Numbered from the stretch's first letter, positions 48,965 to 58,489 are shown. The stretch: 64,000 nt of DNA from a candidate division WWE3 bacterium RIFOXYB1_FULL_43_24 (GCA_001773135.1 MEVX01000008.1:25992-89991); one strand, 5' to 3'. Made by a program: numbers and translations. The notes: generated by a model from the letters alone, not told the origin.

Positions 48965-48971
48965 TAACGAT

Positions 48972-49023
48972 AAAAAAAGCCACAAGTAGATTATATGTTT
49001 CTACATTGTGGCTTGTTCGTGTT
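48972..49023. terminator. Bidirectional rho-independent terminator: A7, stem GCCACAAGTAGA / TCTACATTGTGGC with a 1-nt bulge, 9-nt loop, then a T-rich tract
   Basis: Read directly. It lies between the convergent genes gatB (+) and ORF 49022-49315 (-). Confidence 0.55.
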
Positions 49024-49315
49024 ACAGCGCTCGGTAAAGTAGTTCCCACATGCCCATCATCAAGATGATAGTCCCAATGACATCATCCGTTTTCTCTTTT
49101 GAAACTTTAATAATCACCGCGCCGGTAATCATTTGAAGAATCAGGAAAATAGTGTAGACCCATCCGGGGATAGCTGTTGCGACTATGGTGATTAAATCAT
49201 AGCCAATGAGTAAGGCAACAACTACGCAAACAAAGAAAATGACGCCAACAACACTATTGCTACTGTCATTCATTTTTCCTCTCCTTTTTACATCGAATTT
49301 TTCGAAGAATATCAC
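49022..49315 (-). CDS. Small membrane protein (2-3 TM)
   Basis: 97-aa hydrophobic ORF. The start may be the internal Met (MNDSSNS). Confidence 0.4.
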   Translation of the reverse strand: MIFFEKFDVKRRGKMNDSSNSVVGVIFFVCVVVALLIGYDLITIVATAIPGWVYTIFLILQMITGAVIIKVSKEKTDDVIGTIILMMGMWELLYRAL

Positions 49316-49366
49316 ACTATAGGTTTTTGGTCAACACTGGTTTGGAAACTAAAAATATTACGATCG

Positions 49367-51253
49367 TTGATAAATATGAAAAATACAAGTGGTATCATAT
49401 ACAGGATGGAATTAAAATTTGATCCGGCAAATCCCTCATACGACTACATCACAAAAATAGATCAGGCAAACGAAGCTCTGGAAATTTTAGAGAAAGTGAA
49501 GGTAGTGGGGGTGGACATTGAAAGTACCGGTCTTGATCCTTACACCTCAAATTTGCTTTTGGTGCAAATAGGCACAGAAGATAAAAGCTACATCTTCGAC
49601 GCCCGCGCTCTAGAATTAAGGAACTTCTGCCGTTTTAAAGAATTTCTTGAAAACCCAAAAATACTTAAAATATTTCATAACGGAAAATTCGACTACAAGC
49701 ACATTAAAATCCATACCGGTGCGGCGCCCACTAACTTATATGACACAATGCTTGCGGAAGTTATTTTAAATGCAGGACTTGGGCGCGGTTATTACTCCTT
49801 AAAGGACCTTACAAAAAAATATACGGGGTTGGATTTAAAGAAGGATGTACGGGAAACATTTGAGGGCGTGACGAACAAAACAAAAATTAACGTCGAACAA
49901 TTGAGGTATTCCGCGCTGGATACATTAATACTCTTTCCTATCTTCAACGAACAGCTAGTTAAAATAAAAAGTGAGAACTTACTAAATGTCGCTAAGCTTG
50001 AATTTGCCGCGACTAGAGCAGTGGGCGAAATGGAGCTGAAAGGCATCTACATAGATGAGAAAAAGTGGCGGGACATAATGGTGCATTTATCAGAAAGAAG
50101 GAATGCTTTGGCCAAAGAATTTCAGGAAGCCATAAGACCTTATTACTCCAACAACATGATAGATCTTTTCGGAAACCACGCGGACACTATAAATATGAAT
50201 AGTCAACAGCAGTTGATGGACTTATTTAATAACAAACTAAATTTAAATTTACCGTCTACCGGGGATGCCATCCTGGCTTTGCACAGCGAACCGATTGTTA
50301 AGTTATTAAGAAACTACAGAGGATACGAAAAATTATTGTCGGCATTTGGTGACTCATTGTTATCAAAAATTAACCCCGTTACAAAAAGACTGCATCCGGA
50401 ATTCAACCAGCTTGGTACTGCAACAGGAAGATTTTCCTGTAACAATCCTAACCTTCAGCAAATTCCGCGAAATTCCGAAGAGGCTCCTTTTAGAACCTGT
50501 TTTAACCCCGAACCCGGTTACAAATTAGTGACGGCAGACTACTCTTCGTTTGAGATGAGAATTCTGGCCGAGCTCTCCGGAGATGCGAAAATGATCAAAG
50601 CCTTAAATGATGGATTAGATATTCACTCGTACACTGCGTCACTTATGTTTAATGTACCTTACACCGATGATTTCAAAAAGAAGTACCCAAGCTATAGACA
50701 AATTGCCAAACCTATAGGTTTTGGATTGATGTACGGCATGGGATCGATGGGGTTGGCCGCAAGAATTGAGAATGAAACCGGAGCTCCCGTAACCCGGGAA
50801 CAGGGAGAAGATTACATGAATAGATATTTCGCGAGTTACCCCAGTGTTAAGGACTACCTAAATAAAACGGCAAAGAAAGCTGTAAGGGACGGTTTCAGTA
50901 CAACCCCGCTCGGCAGAAAACGCTGGTACGAAAAGCCTTTAAAGGACGATCCCGATTTCAGGAAAAAAGAATCGCGTATTGAAAGAGAGGCAAAAAACCA
51001 CCCAATTCAGGGAACAAACGCCGACGCGGTTAAGTATGCCCTAATTTTTTTAAACGACAGGATGAAAAAAGAGGGTATAGATGGTGGGCTGACCCTTACG
51101 GTTCACGACGAAATCGTATCGGAAATCAGGGACGACCAGGCGGAGTATTGGGCAAAAGTGCAATCCGACGAAATGGTGCGGGCAGCCGCTTTGTTTATTA
51201 AAAAGGTAAAGGTTCAAAGTGATCCATTTGTAGGCGATGTTTGGGAACATTAA
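49367..51253 (+). CDS. polA: Short family A DNA polymerase (3'-5' exonuclease plus polymerase domains; no 5' nuclease domain)
   Basis: 628 aa. Exo motif VVGVDIESTGLDPY. Pol motif A DYSSFEMRILAELSGD, motif B RQIAKPIGFGLMYGMG, motif C TVHDEIVSE. Confidence 0.85.
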   Translation: MINMKNTSGIIYRMELKFDPANPSYDYITKIDQANEALEILEKVKVVGVDIESTGLDPYTSNLLLVQIGTEDKSYIFDARALELRNFCRFKEFLENPKILKIFHNGKFDYKHIKIHTGAAPTNLYDTMLAEVILNAGLGRGYYSLKDLTKKYTGLDLKKDVRETFEGVTNKTKINVEQLRYSALDTLILFPIFNEQLVKIKSENLLNVAKLEFAATRAVGEMELKGIYIDEKKWRDIMVHLSERRNALAKEFQEAIRPYYSNNMIDLFGNHADTINMNSQQQLMDLFNNKLNLNLPSTGDAILALHSEPIVKLLRNYRGYEKLLSAFGDSLLSKINPVTKRLHPEFNQLGTATGRFSCNNPNLQQIPRNSEEAPFRTCFNPEPGYKLVTADYSSFEMRILAELSGDAKMIKALNDGLDIHSYTASLMFNVPYTDDFKKKYPSYRQIAKPIGFGLMYGMGSMGLAARIENETGAPVTREQGEDYMNRYFASYPSVKDYLNKTAKKAVRDGFSTTPLGRKRWYEKPLKDDPDFRKKESRIEREAKNHPIQGTNADAVKYALIFLNDRMKKEGIDGGLTLTVHDEIVSEIRDDQAEYWAKVQSDEMVRAAALFIKKVKVQSDPFVGDVWEH

Positions 51254-51265
51254 TGAAGAAAACTC

Positions 51266-51294
51266 TTGCACTCGAAAGCTCTGAGTGCTAATAT
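51266..51294 (+). promoter_or_regulatory. Sigma70-like promoter for the Clp ATPase gene: -35 TTGCAC (51266-51271), 17-bp spacer, -10 TAATAT (51289-51294). The predicted TSS is about 1 nt before the ATG, so the mRNA would be leaderless or nearly so.
   Basis: Read directly. The track ORF starts at TTG 51266, but the zinc-finger N-terminus MVLCHRCG begins at ATG 51302. Confidence 0.4.
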
Positions 51295-51301
51295 CTTACT
51301 C

Positions 51302-53413
51302 ATGGTACTCTGCCACAGATGCGGACAGCGTCCCGCAAAATACCCAATAAATCAGATAGTAGACGGTAAGCAAGTCTACATGGCTCTCTGCGAAGTCTGC
51401 TACGAGGAAGTTGTAAAAGAGACGTCTCAATCCGCTTCAAAACTAGATAAATACGGCCGCGATCTTACCCAATTAGCACGTGAGGGTAAACTTGACCCTG
51501 TTATAGGGAGAAAAAACGAGATCGAACGTGTTATTCACATCCTTTCAAGAAGGACAAAGAATAACCCCGTGTTAATCGGAGACCCCGGCGTGGGTAAAAC
51601 AGCTATAGTTGAGGGTTTGGCACAAAAAATCGTTAACGGACAGGTTCCGGAGCCTTTAAGGGGTAAGCGCGTGTTTATGCTGGATTTAGCTTCAATAATC
51701 GCAGGAACTTCCCATAGAGGAATGTTCGAAGGTCGCCTGAAAGACATAATCACTGAGGTCATCTCCGCGAGCGGTCAAATAATCTTATTTGTAGACGAGC
51801 TGCATACGGTTATCGGAGCAGGAAGTGCAGAAGGATCGATGGATGCCGCAAATATCCTTAAACCGGCCCTGGCAAGAGGTGAATTACAAATGGTAGGTGC
51901 TACAACAATCGACGAGTACAGAAAATATGTTGAAAGGGATGCCGCACTTGAACGCCGCTTCCAGCCTATTATGGTTAACGAACCTACCGCGGAAGATACC
52001 GTCGAAATTCTCAGAGGACTGAGGGAGCGCTACGAATCTCACCACAATGTGAAAATCACAGATGATGCTATTACAGCTGCTGTTAAAATGAGCGACCGTT
52101 ATGTTTCTGATCGCTTTTTACCCGATAAGGCAATTGATTTGATAGACGAAGCCTGCGCGATGGTCCGCTTGTCCCAGGTGAAAGAGCCGGAGAATTTAAG
52201 AACCGTCGAAGAAGAAATTTCAAAATTAAAAAATGATGCGAGGAAAAATAAATTAAGTGACGAAGATAAGGAAACGTTGAAGAAAAAGACAGAAGAGCTT
52301 GAAAAAATAAAATCAGAGCTCGTTGAGATCTGGACAAAAACCAAACTTGAAGAAATTCCCGATGTTACCGAAGACGCTGTTATAAAAGTTGTTTCACGCG
52401 CAACCGGAATACCGCTTGAGAAATTAAATGTTGTAGAACGTGAAAGGCTCTTAAACCTTGAGCGTACTATTAAGAACAGAGTTGTCGGTCAGGACAAGGC
52501 AATCGGTGTTTTGTCGGAAGCGATAAGAAGAGCCAGAGCAGGTTTGAAAGACCCGAAAAGACCTATCGGATCGTTTTTGTTTCTTGGTCCGACAGGTGTA
52601 GGTAAAACCGAATTAGCCAAAACTTTAGCCGAGGCTTTATATGGCGACGAAGATATGATCGTCCGTTTGGACATGAGTGAATATATGGAAAAGCATTCGG
52701 TAAGTAAATTGATAGGGGCGCCCCCCGGATACGTCGGGTATGAACAGGGTGGCCAGTTAACCGACATTGTGAGAAGAAAGCCCTTTTCCGTAATATTGCT
52801 GGATGAAATAGAGAAAGCTCACCCCGATACATTTAACGCTTTGTTGCAGATAATGGAAGACGGGCGTCTAACTGACAGCAAGGGAAGAACGGTTGATTTT
52901 AAAAATACTATACTGATTCTTACTTCAAATGTGGGTTCTGATCTCTTAAGAAGAAAAGACATAGGCTTTGTCGAAGATAAGAAAAAGTCCCACGATGAGG
53001 TAGCAATAGCCGCGGACAGAAGAATATTCAGCATATTAAAAGACTCTTTCAAACCGGAGTTTTTAAATAGGATTGATGAAATAGTCTTATTTACAAGTCT
53101 CGGAAAAGAGGATATTAAGGAGATAACCCTGAGGATGTTGGATAAAACCAGGAAAATGTTGGCCGAGCAACAGATCACCCTTGAAGTTTCGGATAAGGCG
53201 GTAGATTATCTTGTTGAGAACGGATACAGCGAGGAGTACGGGGCAAGACCTCTTAGAAGATTAATTCAGACTGAGGTGGAGAATGCAATTTCAAGCAAAA
53301 TAATAGGAGCTGAAACGTCGGAAGGAGACCTGGTAGAAATCGGCGTATTTCCGGGGGGTGGCTTATCGGTGGAGGTTAAAAAACCCGCGAAGGTGACCTC
53401 GAAAAAGAAATAA
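51302..53413 (+). CDS. Clp/Hsp100 ATPase with two AAA+ modules and an N-terminal zinc ribbon (ClpE-like)
   Basis: N-terminus MVLCHRCG...LCEVCY has the C-x2-C...C-x2-C pattern, as in ClpE. Walker A GDPGVGKT and GPTGVGKT. Short coiled-coil middle domain. No N-terminal Clp_N repeats. Confidence 0.8.
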   Translation: MVLCHRCGQRPAKYPINQIVDGKQVYMALCEVCYEEVVKETSQSASKLDKYGRDLTQLAREGKLDPVIGRKNEIERVIHILSRRTKNNPVLIGDPGVGKTAIVEGLAQKIVNGQVPEPLRGKRVFMLDLASIIAGTSHRGMFEGRLKDIITEVISASGQIILFVDELHTVIGAGSAEGSMDAANILKPALARGELQMVGATTIDEYRKYVERDAALERRFQPIMVNEPTAEDTVEILRGLRERYESHHNVKITDDAITAAVKMSDRYVSDRFLPDKAIDLIDEACAMVRLSQVKEPENLRTVEEEISKLKNDARKNKLSDEDKETLKKKTEELEKIKSELVEIWTKTKLEEIPDVTEDAVIKVVSRATGIPLEKLNVVERERLLNLERTIKNRVVGQDKAIGVLSEAIRRARAGLKDPKRPIGSFLFLGPTGVGKTELAKTLAEALYGDEDMIVRLDMSEYMEKHSVSKLIGAPPGYVGYEQGGQLTDIVRRKPFSVILLDEIEKAHPDTFNALLQIMEDGRLTDSKGRTVDFKNTILILTSNVGSDLLRRKDIGFVEDKKKSHDEVAIAADRRIFSILKDSFKPEFLNRIDEIVLFTSLGKEDIKEITLRMLDKTRKMLAEQQITLEVSDKAVDYLVENGYSEEYGARPLRRLIQTEVENAISSKIIGAETSEGDLVEIGVFPGGGLSVEVKKPAKVTSKKK

Positions 53414-53452
53414 TTGATATTGAAGGTATAATTTGCTATCCTAGCACAGTCT

Positions 53453-53986
53453 ATGGCCGATAAAGATCAAGATACAACTAAACAAGACGACACAACTCAA
53501 CAGGACGCACCTGTAGAAGAAAGCATTGTCGAAGCGCCTGCGCAGGAAGAGGAAGCAGCCGAAGCTCCTGCGGTAGAAATTGAAGAAGAAAAACTTGAGG
53601 AAGCCATTGAAGAAAAGGCCGAGGAAGAGTCCAAAGCAGCTGAAGAGGAACTCCAAAAAGCTTCTAAAGAAGAGCCCAGGATCCCGGAATTTAGGGTCGG
53701 TGACACTATAAAAGTTTTCTATAAAATAATCGAAGGTGAGAAAATGAGAATTCAACCATTCGAGGGTATTGTGATTTCTTTTAGAGGCTCTGACGTTTCG
53801 AAGACTTTCACTGTAAGGAGAATTGGAGCCAATCAGATAGGAGTTGAAAGAATTTTACCTTTGCATTCCCCCAACATAGAGAAAATAAAAGTAGTTAAAC
53901 ACGGAAACGTAAGAAGAGCTAAACTATTTTACTTAAGAGATAAAGTCGGTAGAGAAGCTATGAGAGTCAGAGAAGCGAAGAAATAA
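53453..53986 (+). CDS. rplS: 50S ribosomal protein L19 with an acidic N-terminal extension of about 45-65 aa
   Basis: [34 protein letters not shown]...KLFYLRDK is canonical L19. Upstream in frame is a poly-E/A/Q low-complexity extension with no alternative ATG. Confidence 0.85.
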   Translation: MADKDQDTTKQDDTTQQDAPVEESIVEAPAQEEEAAEAPAVEIEEEKLEEAIEEKAEEESKAAEEELQKASKEEPRIPEFRVGDTIKVFYKIIEGEKMRIQPFEGIVISFRGSDVSKTFTVRRIGANQIGVERILPLHSPNIEKIKVVKHGNVRRAKLFYLRDKVGREAMRVREAKK

Positions 53987-54045
53987 CCCCGTATAAATTA
54001 AAATATTATAATTATCTACGTTAGTACGCTGTTGTTTTAATTTTT

Positions 54046-54090
54046 AAAAAAACCCGGCGCTTTCAGTTTATTAAAACTTGATTGCGCCGG
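54046..54090 (-). terminator. Putative minus-strand terminator: stem CCGGCGC/GCGCCGG with a 23-nt loop, followed on the minus strand by U7
   Basis: Read directly. It lies just downstream of the stop of ORF 54100-54450 (-). The long loop lowers confidence. Confidence 0.35.
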
Positions 54091-54099
54091 TTGGTAATT

Positions 54100-54450
54100 C
54101 TAGTAGTAGTTCCTGGCCCGGTAAGACGTTCCACCCAATGCCGTTTGGATGTCAAGAAAAACTACCTGTTCGATTTTTGTCCAATCCCTCCCCCGTTTTT
54201 TAGAAAGACCTACGTATTCGTGAGTTAAATAGATAAAATCGAGTTCTTCGATCTTGTTTAACATAGTGAGGAGGGATGCTCCGATTGGCCCGATCTCATC
54301 ATTAAGTTTTTCATTTGTATCGGCACCGATCGGCAGTGTATAGATTTTGTGAGGAGCAATAGAGATCTGTTGGTCAGTGTAGTATTCTCTGTATTGGACA
54401 TTTGCCGAATCTTTCCTTACCCTGATTTCGATAGTACCTGGTTTGGCCAT
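54100..54450 (-). CDS. Hypothetical protein (116 aa) with a strong SD; apparently a monocistronic unit flanked by terminators
   Basis: SD AGGAGA 5 nt upstream of ATG 54450. No motif recognised. Confidence 0.45.
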   Translation of the reverse strand: MAKPGTIEIRVRKDSANVQYREYYTDQQISIAPHKIYTLPIGADTNEKLNDEIGPIGASLLTMLNKIEELDFIYLTHEYVGLSKKRGRDWTKIEQVVFLDIQTALGGTSYRARNYY

Positions 54451-54532
54451 TTTCTCTCCTTATTTAATGTCTTAATTTTAGACGTTGTTTTATATGTGAG
54501 TGCAGGTATTTTAGCATAGTGACGGAGAATTT

Positions 54533-54569
54533 AAAAAAAGAGGAGACTGGTTTTTGGCCGAATCTCCTC
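54533..54569 (-). terminator. Minus-strand rho-independent terminator: stem GAGGAGA/TCTCCTC, 16-nt loop, U7
   Basis: Read directly. It lies downstream of the stop of the secreted-protein gene 54607-55236 (-). Confidence 0.45.
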
Positions 54570-54606
54570 AGAGTTCAATGCTTGGTCAGTTATTTACACG
54601 TAGTGC

Positions 54607-55236
54607 TTAATGCTGTGTAAAAAATCCCAAACCAGGATCTGCGTAGATTGTTACGCCATGAGCGCCTACTGCAGGATCGTTGTACACCTCTTCAAGCACA
54701 TCATAGGATCCCCAAAGGGGGCTATCAGGACCAAAGTATCCAATCTTGACGAAGTACGTGTAGTGTTGCAGACCGTTGGCGTCGATGTAATCACCGTTGA
54801 CGTGGTTTGTTAACCAGCCGGCACTGATATTGGTAGGAACGCCATTTATAAGACCTCTATCAAGCTTATGGTCGCCGTTGCAATCAACGTTTGACAACCA
54901 CTCGTCCGACCATTTCATCTGCAACTTATCGTCGACAAAGTCGCCGGTTTGTCCCCAGTACATGCCGTCCAACTTCCTGTCAGCTGAGTCGTAGGTACCG
55001 TCGAAAAGATGCGCCTGGTAGTTGTATCCGTAAATATCGAAACCGGTTTCAAGGGGATTCCCCGCAGAATCTAAAATTGTTCCGCTCTGGATTTTAGCGC
55101 AATCGCTGGTTGACCACGCAGTTTCTGCCCCGGTTACCGGGTCAAACCCAACAGGCTTGTCTGCCAAGACAGGTGAGACGATCGTTAAGACCACCACGAG
55201 TGCAAGTATTACCGAAAACAGTCTCTTCGCTTTCAT
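54607..55236 (-). CDS. Secreted hypothetical protein (signal peptide)
   Basis: N-terminal signal peptide MKAKRLFSVILALVVVLTIVSPVLA. Mature part is rich in Gly, Asp, Tyr and Trp. No motif recognised. Confidence 0.5.
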   Translation of the reverse strand: MKAKRLFSVILALVVVLTIVSPVLADKPVGFDPVTGAETAWSTSDCAKIQSGTILDSAGNPLETGFDIYGYNYQAHLFDGTYDSADRKLDGMYWGQTGDFVDDKLQMKWSDEWLSNVDCNGDHKLDRGLINGVPTNISAGWLTNHVNGDYIDANGLQHYTYFVKIGYFGPDSPLWGSYDVLEEVYNDPAVGAHGVTIYADPGLGFFTQH

Positions 55237-55438
55237 TTTCTCTCCGTTTCAACTAAAAGAATTGGTGAATCTGCGACCAAGCAGACGCATACTATATCAC
55301 TGTTATGTATATTTGGAAAGGCGGGTAGAGACGATTTCGTAAGGTGTGAGATGTGAGGTAACTAAACTAGTTGAACAATAAAAAAGGGTAACCCCGAGAC
55401 CAAAAATTTCTGGTTTCAAGATTACCCTTCGCGAGCAG

Positions 55439-56194
55439 TTAATTTCTTTTATTCAGGAGGTATTTTTTCAGACCCAAATAAAAGATTAACACACACAAAA
55501 TACCCATACTCAAACCGGCGAGAATTTCTCCCCCATAGAATCTGGTAACGGTTACCGCAAGATTTTCTCCATAGCCACTTGTGGGGACAGGTGGGGGTGT
55601 GCGGGTTGGTTGAGGGGGCCCCGGCGTTGCAGTAGCTGGCGGTACCCAAGTATTTGTAGGTGTCGGCGGTACTTCGGTTGGCGGTACTTCGGTTGGCGGG
55701 ATTTCTGTCGGCGGTACCTCTGTCGGTGTTGTTGTAGGTGTCTCCGTGGGTGTCGATGTTGGTGTTGCCGTGGGCGTAGATGTAGGTGTCTCCGTGGGCG
55801 TCGATGTAGGTGTTGCCGTGGGCGTAGATGTAGGTGTGCTGGTTTTCGTTGGAGTAGGTTCCGGTGTCTTTAACACGTCGTAAGGAACCAACTCTTGTAC
55901 TGTGTCTCCGCACCAGAAGCGATTTACGCTGGGTATATAACTGCACACAGTTCCTACCGTGGGATTTGGCAACGCGGGATTGTTGCAGTACGCGTTTACA
56001 ACGTAGCCACCTGCTCCACCGAGCTCAAACCTAAATTGCGAGCCCGACACTCCCGGTACCGGACCATAGCCCAGATCGTCAATTACGCGCCAACCCTCTT
56101 TCGGTAGATCAAAACCTGCGCTAGCAGCGGTGTTCAACATAGCCGCCAGAAAAACAAAAACAAATAGTATAGTCACAATTTTGAGCTTATTCAT
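55439..56194 (-). CDS. Secreted protein with a Cys-containing N-domain, a long Pro/Thr-rich linker (TPTSTPTATPTSTPTETP... then EVPPTEIPPTEVPP) and a C-terminal TM plus basic tail
   Basis: Signal peptide MNKLKIVTILFVFVFLAAMLNTAASA. C-terminus ILAGLSMGILCVLIFYLGLKKYLLNKRN is a hydrophobic helix plus KR tail with no LPXTG. Confidence 0.55.
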   Translation of the reverse strand: MNKLKIVTILFVFVFLAAMLNTAASAGFDLPKEGWRVIDDLGYGPVPGVSGSQFRFELGGAGGYVVNAYCNNPALPNPTVGTVCSYIPSVNRFWCGDTVQELVPYDVLKTPEPTPTKTSTPTSTPTATPTSTPTETPTSTPTATPTSTPTETPTTTPTEVPPTEIPPTEVPPTEVPPTPTNTWVPPATATPGPPQPTRTPPPVPTSGYGENLAVTVTRFYGGEILAGLSMGILCVLIFYLGLKKYLLNKRN

Positions 56195-57052
56195 TTACTG
56201 CCTCCTATATTCAAGGATTACAATTAGGCGCTCGCTCGAATACCACGGTTCGTGGAATATATCCCTGGCGCTGGTAATAATGACGATACTTCTGTCATTC
56301 AGGGAGACGCCGATGAGTTGGGATAGTTCTGTCGGATCCATAGACCTTACAGAGCTGAGATTTTCGTATTTGATTATCCCGGCTCCGATCAACAGTAATT
56401 CAACAGAAACATCCTTTTGTTTTAATACGACCGGAGATTTTTTCAGCTCTTCGATTGCCGTGCTCATCCGGCTTTCCGAAAGATCTGTTAGTGCGTCGTC
56501 ACACCCTCCCCCTTCAAAATGACGTCTGAGGTACTCACCTTCAAGTTCGGTCCAACCGGACTTTCCGCGGTACTTAAAACATCCTGAGTGAGGATTTACA
56601 GTGACATTGCCCCAATCATCTGCCCAGACCCCTGATTTGTAAATTCCCGGCTTATAATCGTCAGGACCGTTTACAGGGATAACCGGGGTGAATGAGACGG
56701 AAAAGGGATCACCCGGAGTTGGGAAAAACCATATTTCTATCGTATCAAAACTGTCGAATCTTATTCCCTTAAAATCATACGGATTTACTTGTAAGGTCGG
56801 TTCCGGTGTCGTTTCAGGCGCGGCGACCGTCATAGATAGCACAGGCTGGTCCACAGACACGGGAGTACTCCGGAAAGGTTGAAATGGAGTTGGTGTTGCT
56901 GTGTAATCAGGTGCTTTAGCCGATACGAACTGTTCTCTTGACATGGGTGCCCCGCGCAATAATTCCTGAGCAATGGGTGCCATCACCTTAAAGTCAAGGA
57001 ACAACAGCAGGACAAAAATAAAGAGCAAGACTTCCATAACAGTTTTTTTCAT
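56195..57052 (-). CDS. Secreted hypothetical protein (signal peptide); start taken at the Met of MKKTV. The track ORF extends to 57097.
   Basis: MKKTVMEVLLFIFVLLLFLDFKVMA is signal-like. The start codon of 55439-56194 abuts this gene's stop, so the three co-directional secreted-protein genes are probably co-transcribed. Confidence 0.5.
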   Translation of the reverse strand: MKKTVMEVLLFIFVLLLFLDFKVMAPIAQELLRGAPMSREQFVSAKAPDYTATPTPFQPFRSTPVSVDQPVLSMTVAAPETTPEPTLQVNPYDFKGIRFDSFDTIEIWFFPTPGDPFSVSFTPVIPVNGPDDYKPGIYKSGVWADDWGNVTVNPHSGCFKYRGKSGWTELEGEYLRRHFEGGGCDDALTDLSESRMSTAIEELKKSPVVLKQKDVSVELLLIGAGIIKYENLSSVRSMDPTELSQLIGVSLNDRSIVIITSARDIFHEPWYSSERLIVILEYRRQ

Positions 57053-57305
57053 CGACCCTCCTAGGTCATTGATAATAGTCAAATTTTCAAAGTACACACG
57101 TTCCCTTTGTTTAGAGTGTGAATACCCGATAGTTTAGCACGAAACTATAGGTTTGGAAAATTGGTAAGGAGCTAAAAAAATCCCGTTCGTTGCCTTTGTC
57201 CAAGCATAGAACGGGGAGAAATTTACTTGGGGACCGGTACTTTAAATACATTTTCCCCGAAAAGTGTCACGGCGACGATTTTTGAGTATTTTTCCCATCT
57301 CCCTC

Positions 57306-57521
57306 CTAGAAAACATAAGAGATAATCGCTGTCCAGCAATATATTGCCCCAATAAAAACTATAGAAGATGCTACAATAAGCAGTACGATCGAAAATGATG
57401 AGAGCTGGTGTTTTTTTACCTCTTTCCTCGCTAAAACGAAACCGCGGATTATAAAAAATATCGTCACACAAACACCCGACACAACATAGATTTGGGATAA
57501 TATTTCTCCAAGCGTTTCCAT
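57306..57521 (-). CDS. Possible small 2-TM membrane protein (71 aa) at the head of the secreted-protein operon
   Basis: ORF only. Confidence 0.3.
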   Translation of the reverse strand: METLGEILSQIYVVSGVCVTIFFIIRGFVLARKEVKKHQLSSFSIVLLIVASSIVFIGAIYCWTAIISYVF

Positions 57522-57616
57522 TCTCCTACTCCTTTACTTGATTTGTCCCCATCTTACGGTTCGGGAAGCGGGTAGTCAAGGACACAGGTGGCATTAACCA
57601 AAATTCTTGTTAAACT

Positions 57617-58489
57617 GTGAGAGTGCCCGATCTATCGATATCTCAAAACTTTTTAACGGACGCTAAGTTGATTCGTCGATTGGCTATAAAAGCGGGCATA
57701 TCAAAAGACGACGTGGTCTTGGATATTGGATCGGGAAAGGGGATCATCACCGAAGTTCTAGCAAGTATCGCCGATTCAGTTATTTCTTTGGAATTGGACC
57801 CCAAGTTACATGCTCAAGTCAGGGAAAAATTTTCGGGTGATTCTCATGTGCATGTTTTAAACGAAAATTTTTTACTTTATTCGTTACCTTTAAAACCATA
57901 CAAAGTTTTTTCTAACATCCCTTTTAGTATTACCTCTCTGATTGTTAATAAACTTTTATTTACAGGTCGTGTTCCCGAAGATACTTTTCTGGTAGTTCAA
58001 AAGGAAGCAGCTGATAGATTTATGGGAAAAGGTGAGGGTTATCTATTTTCTTTGTTAACTCAACCATTTTTCGACTTTAGCGTGTTTTATAAATTTAAAA
58101 GGGAAGATTTTACACCCCGGCCTTTAGTTAACGTTGTGATGTTAAGAATGCGTAAAAAGAAAGAACCTTTGATTGCACTTAATCTCCGTGAGCAGTATTT
58201 AGATTTCGTATGCTACGTAGTGAATCAACAAAAACCCACTCTAAAACTCAGACTTAACAGACTCTTTACCGCCTTACAGTATTACCGTATTTCAGACGAG
58301 CTGAATTTTTCAGTAACGTCGAAAGTAAAAGATCTTACCCTTCCTCAGTGGATTTCATTATTCGAAAGGTATGTTTCTTTTGTTGATAGTGAGAAAAAAT
58401 CTATTACAGGTGGTTCGTATTCTAAATATAGAAAAGTTACGTCAGGCTTAGGTAAGGTCACAAGAACAAAAGCTAGGCGCCCGCTATGA
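57617..58489 (+). CDS. rRNA adenine N6-dimethyltransferase family protein (KsgA/Erm family)
   Basis: SQNFL near the N-terminus, SAM-binding LDIGSGKGIIT, and the catalytic-region motif SNIPFSITS (N-I/L-P-Y/F). Confidence 0.75.
   Translation: MRVPDLSISQNFLTDAKLIRRLAIKAGISKDDVVLDIGSGKGIITEVLASIADSVISLELDPKLHAQVREKFSGDSHVHVLNENFLLYSLPLKPYKVFSNIPFSITSLIVNKLLFTGRVPEDTFLVVQKEAADRFMGKGEGYLFSLLTQPFFDFSVFYKFKREDFTPRPLVNVVMLRMRKKKEPLIALNLREQYLDFVCYVVNQQKPTLKLRLNRLFTALQYYRISDELNFSVTSKVKDLTLPQWISLFERYVSFVDSEKKSITGGSYSKYRKVTSGLGKVTRTKARRPL

Noticed and set aside
53497-53706. Track ORF (69 aa, minus) rich in Ser and Ala
   Set aside because: It is antisense to the GAA/GCA-rich acidic extension of rplS. Compositional artefact.
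55610-55873. Track ORF (87 aa, plus) extremely rich in Cys and Arg
   Set aside because: It is antisense to the Pro/Thr-repeat linker of the secreted protein 55439-56194. The compositional artefact comes from the ACC/CCG-rich repeat.
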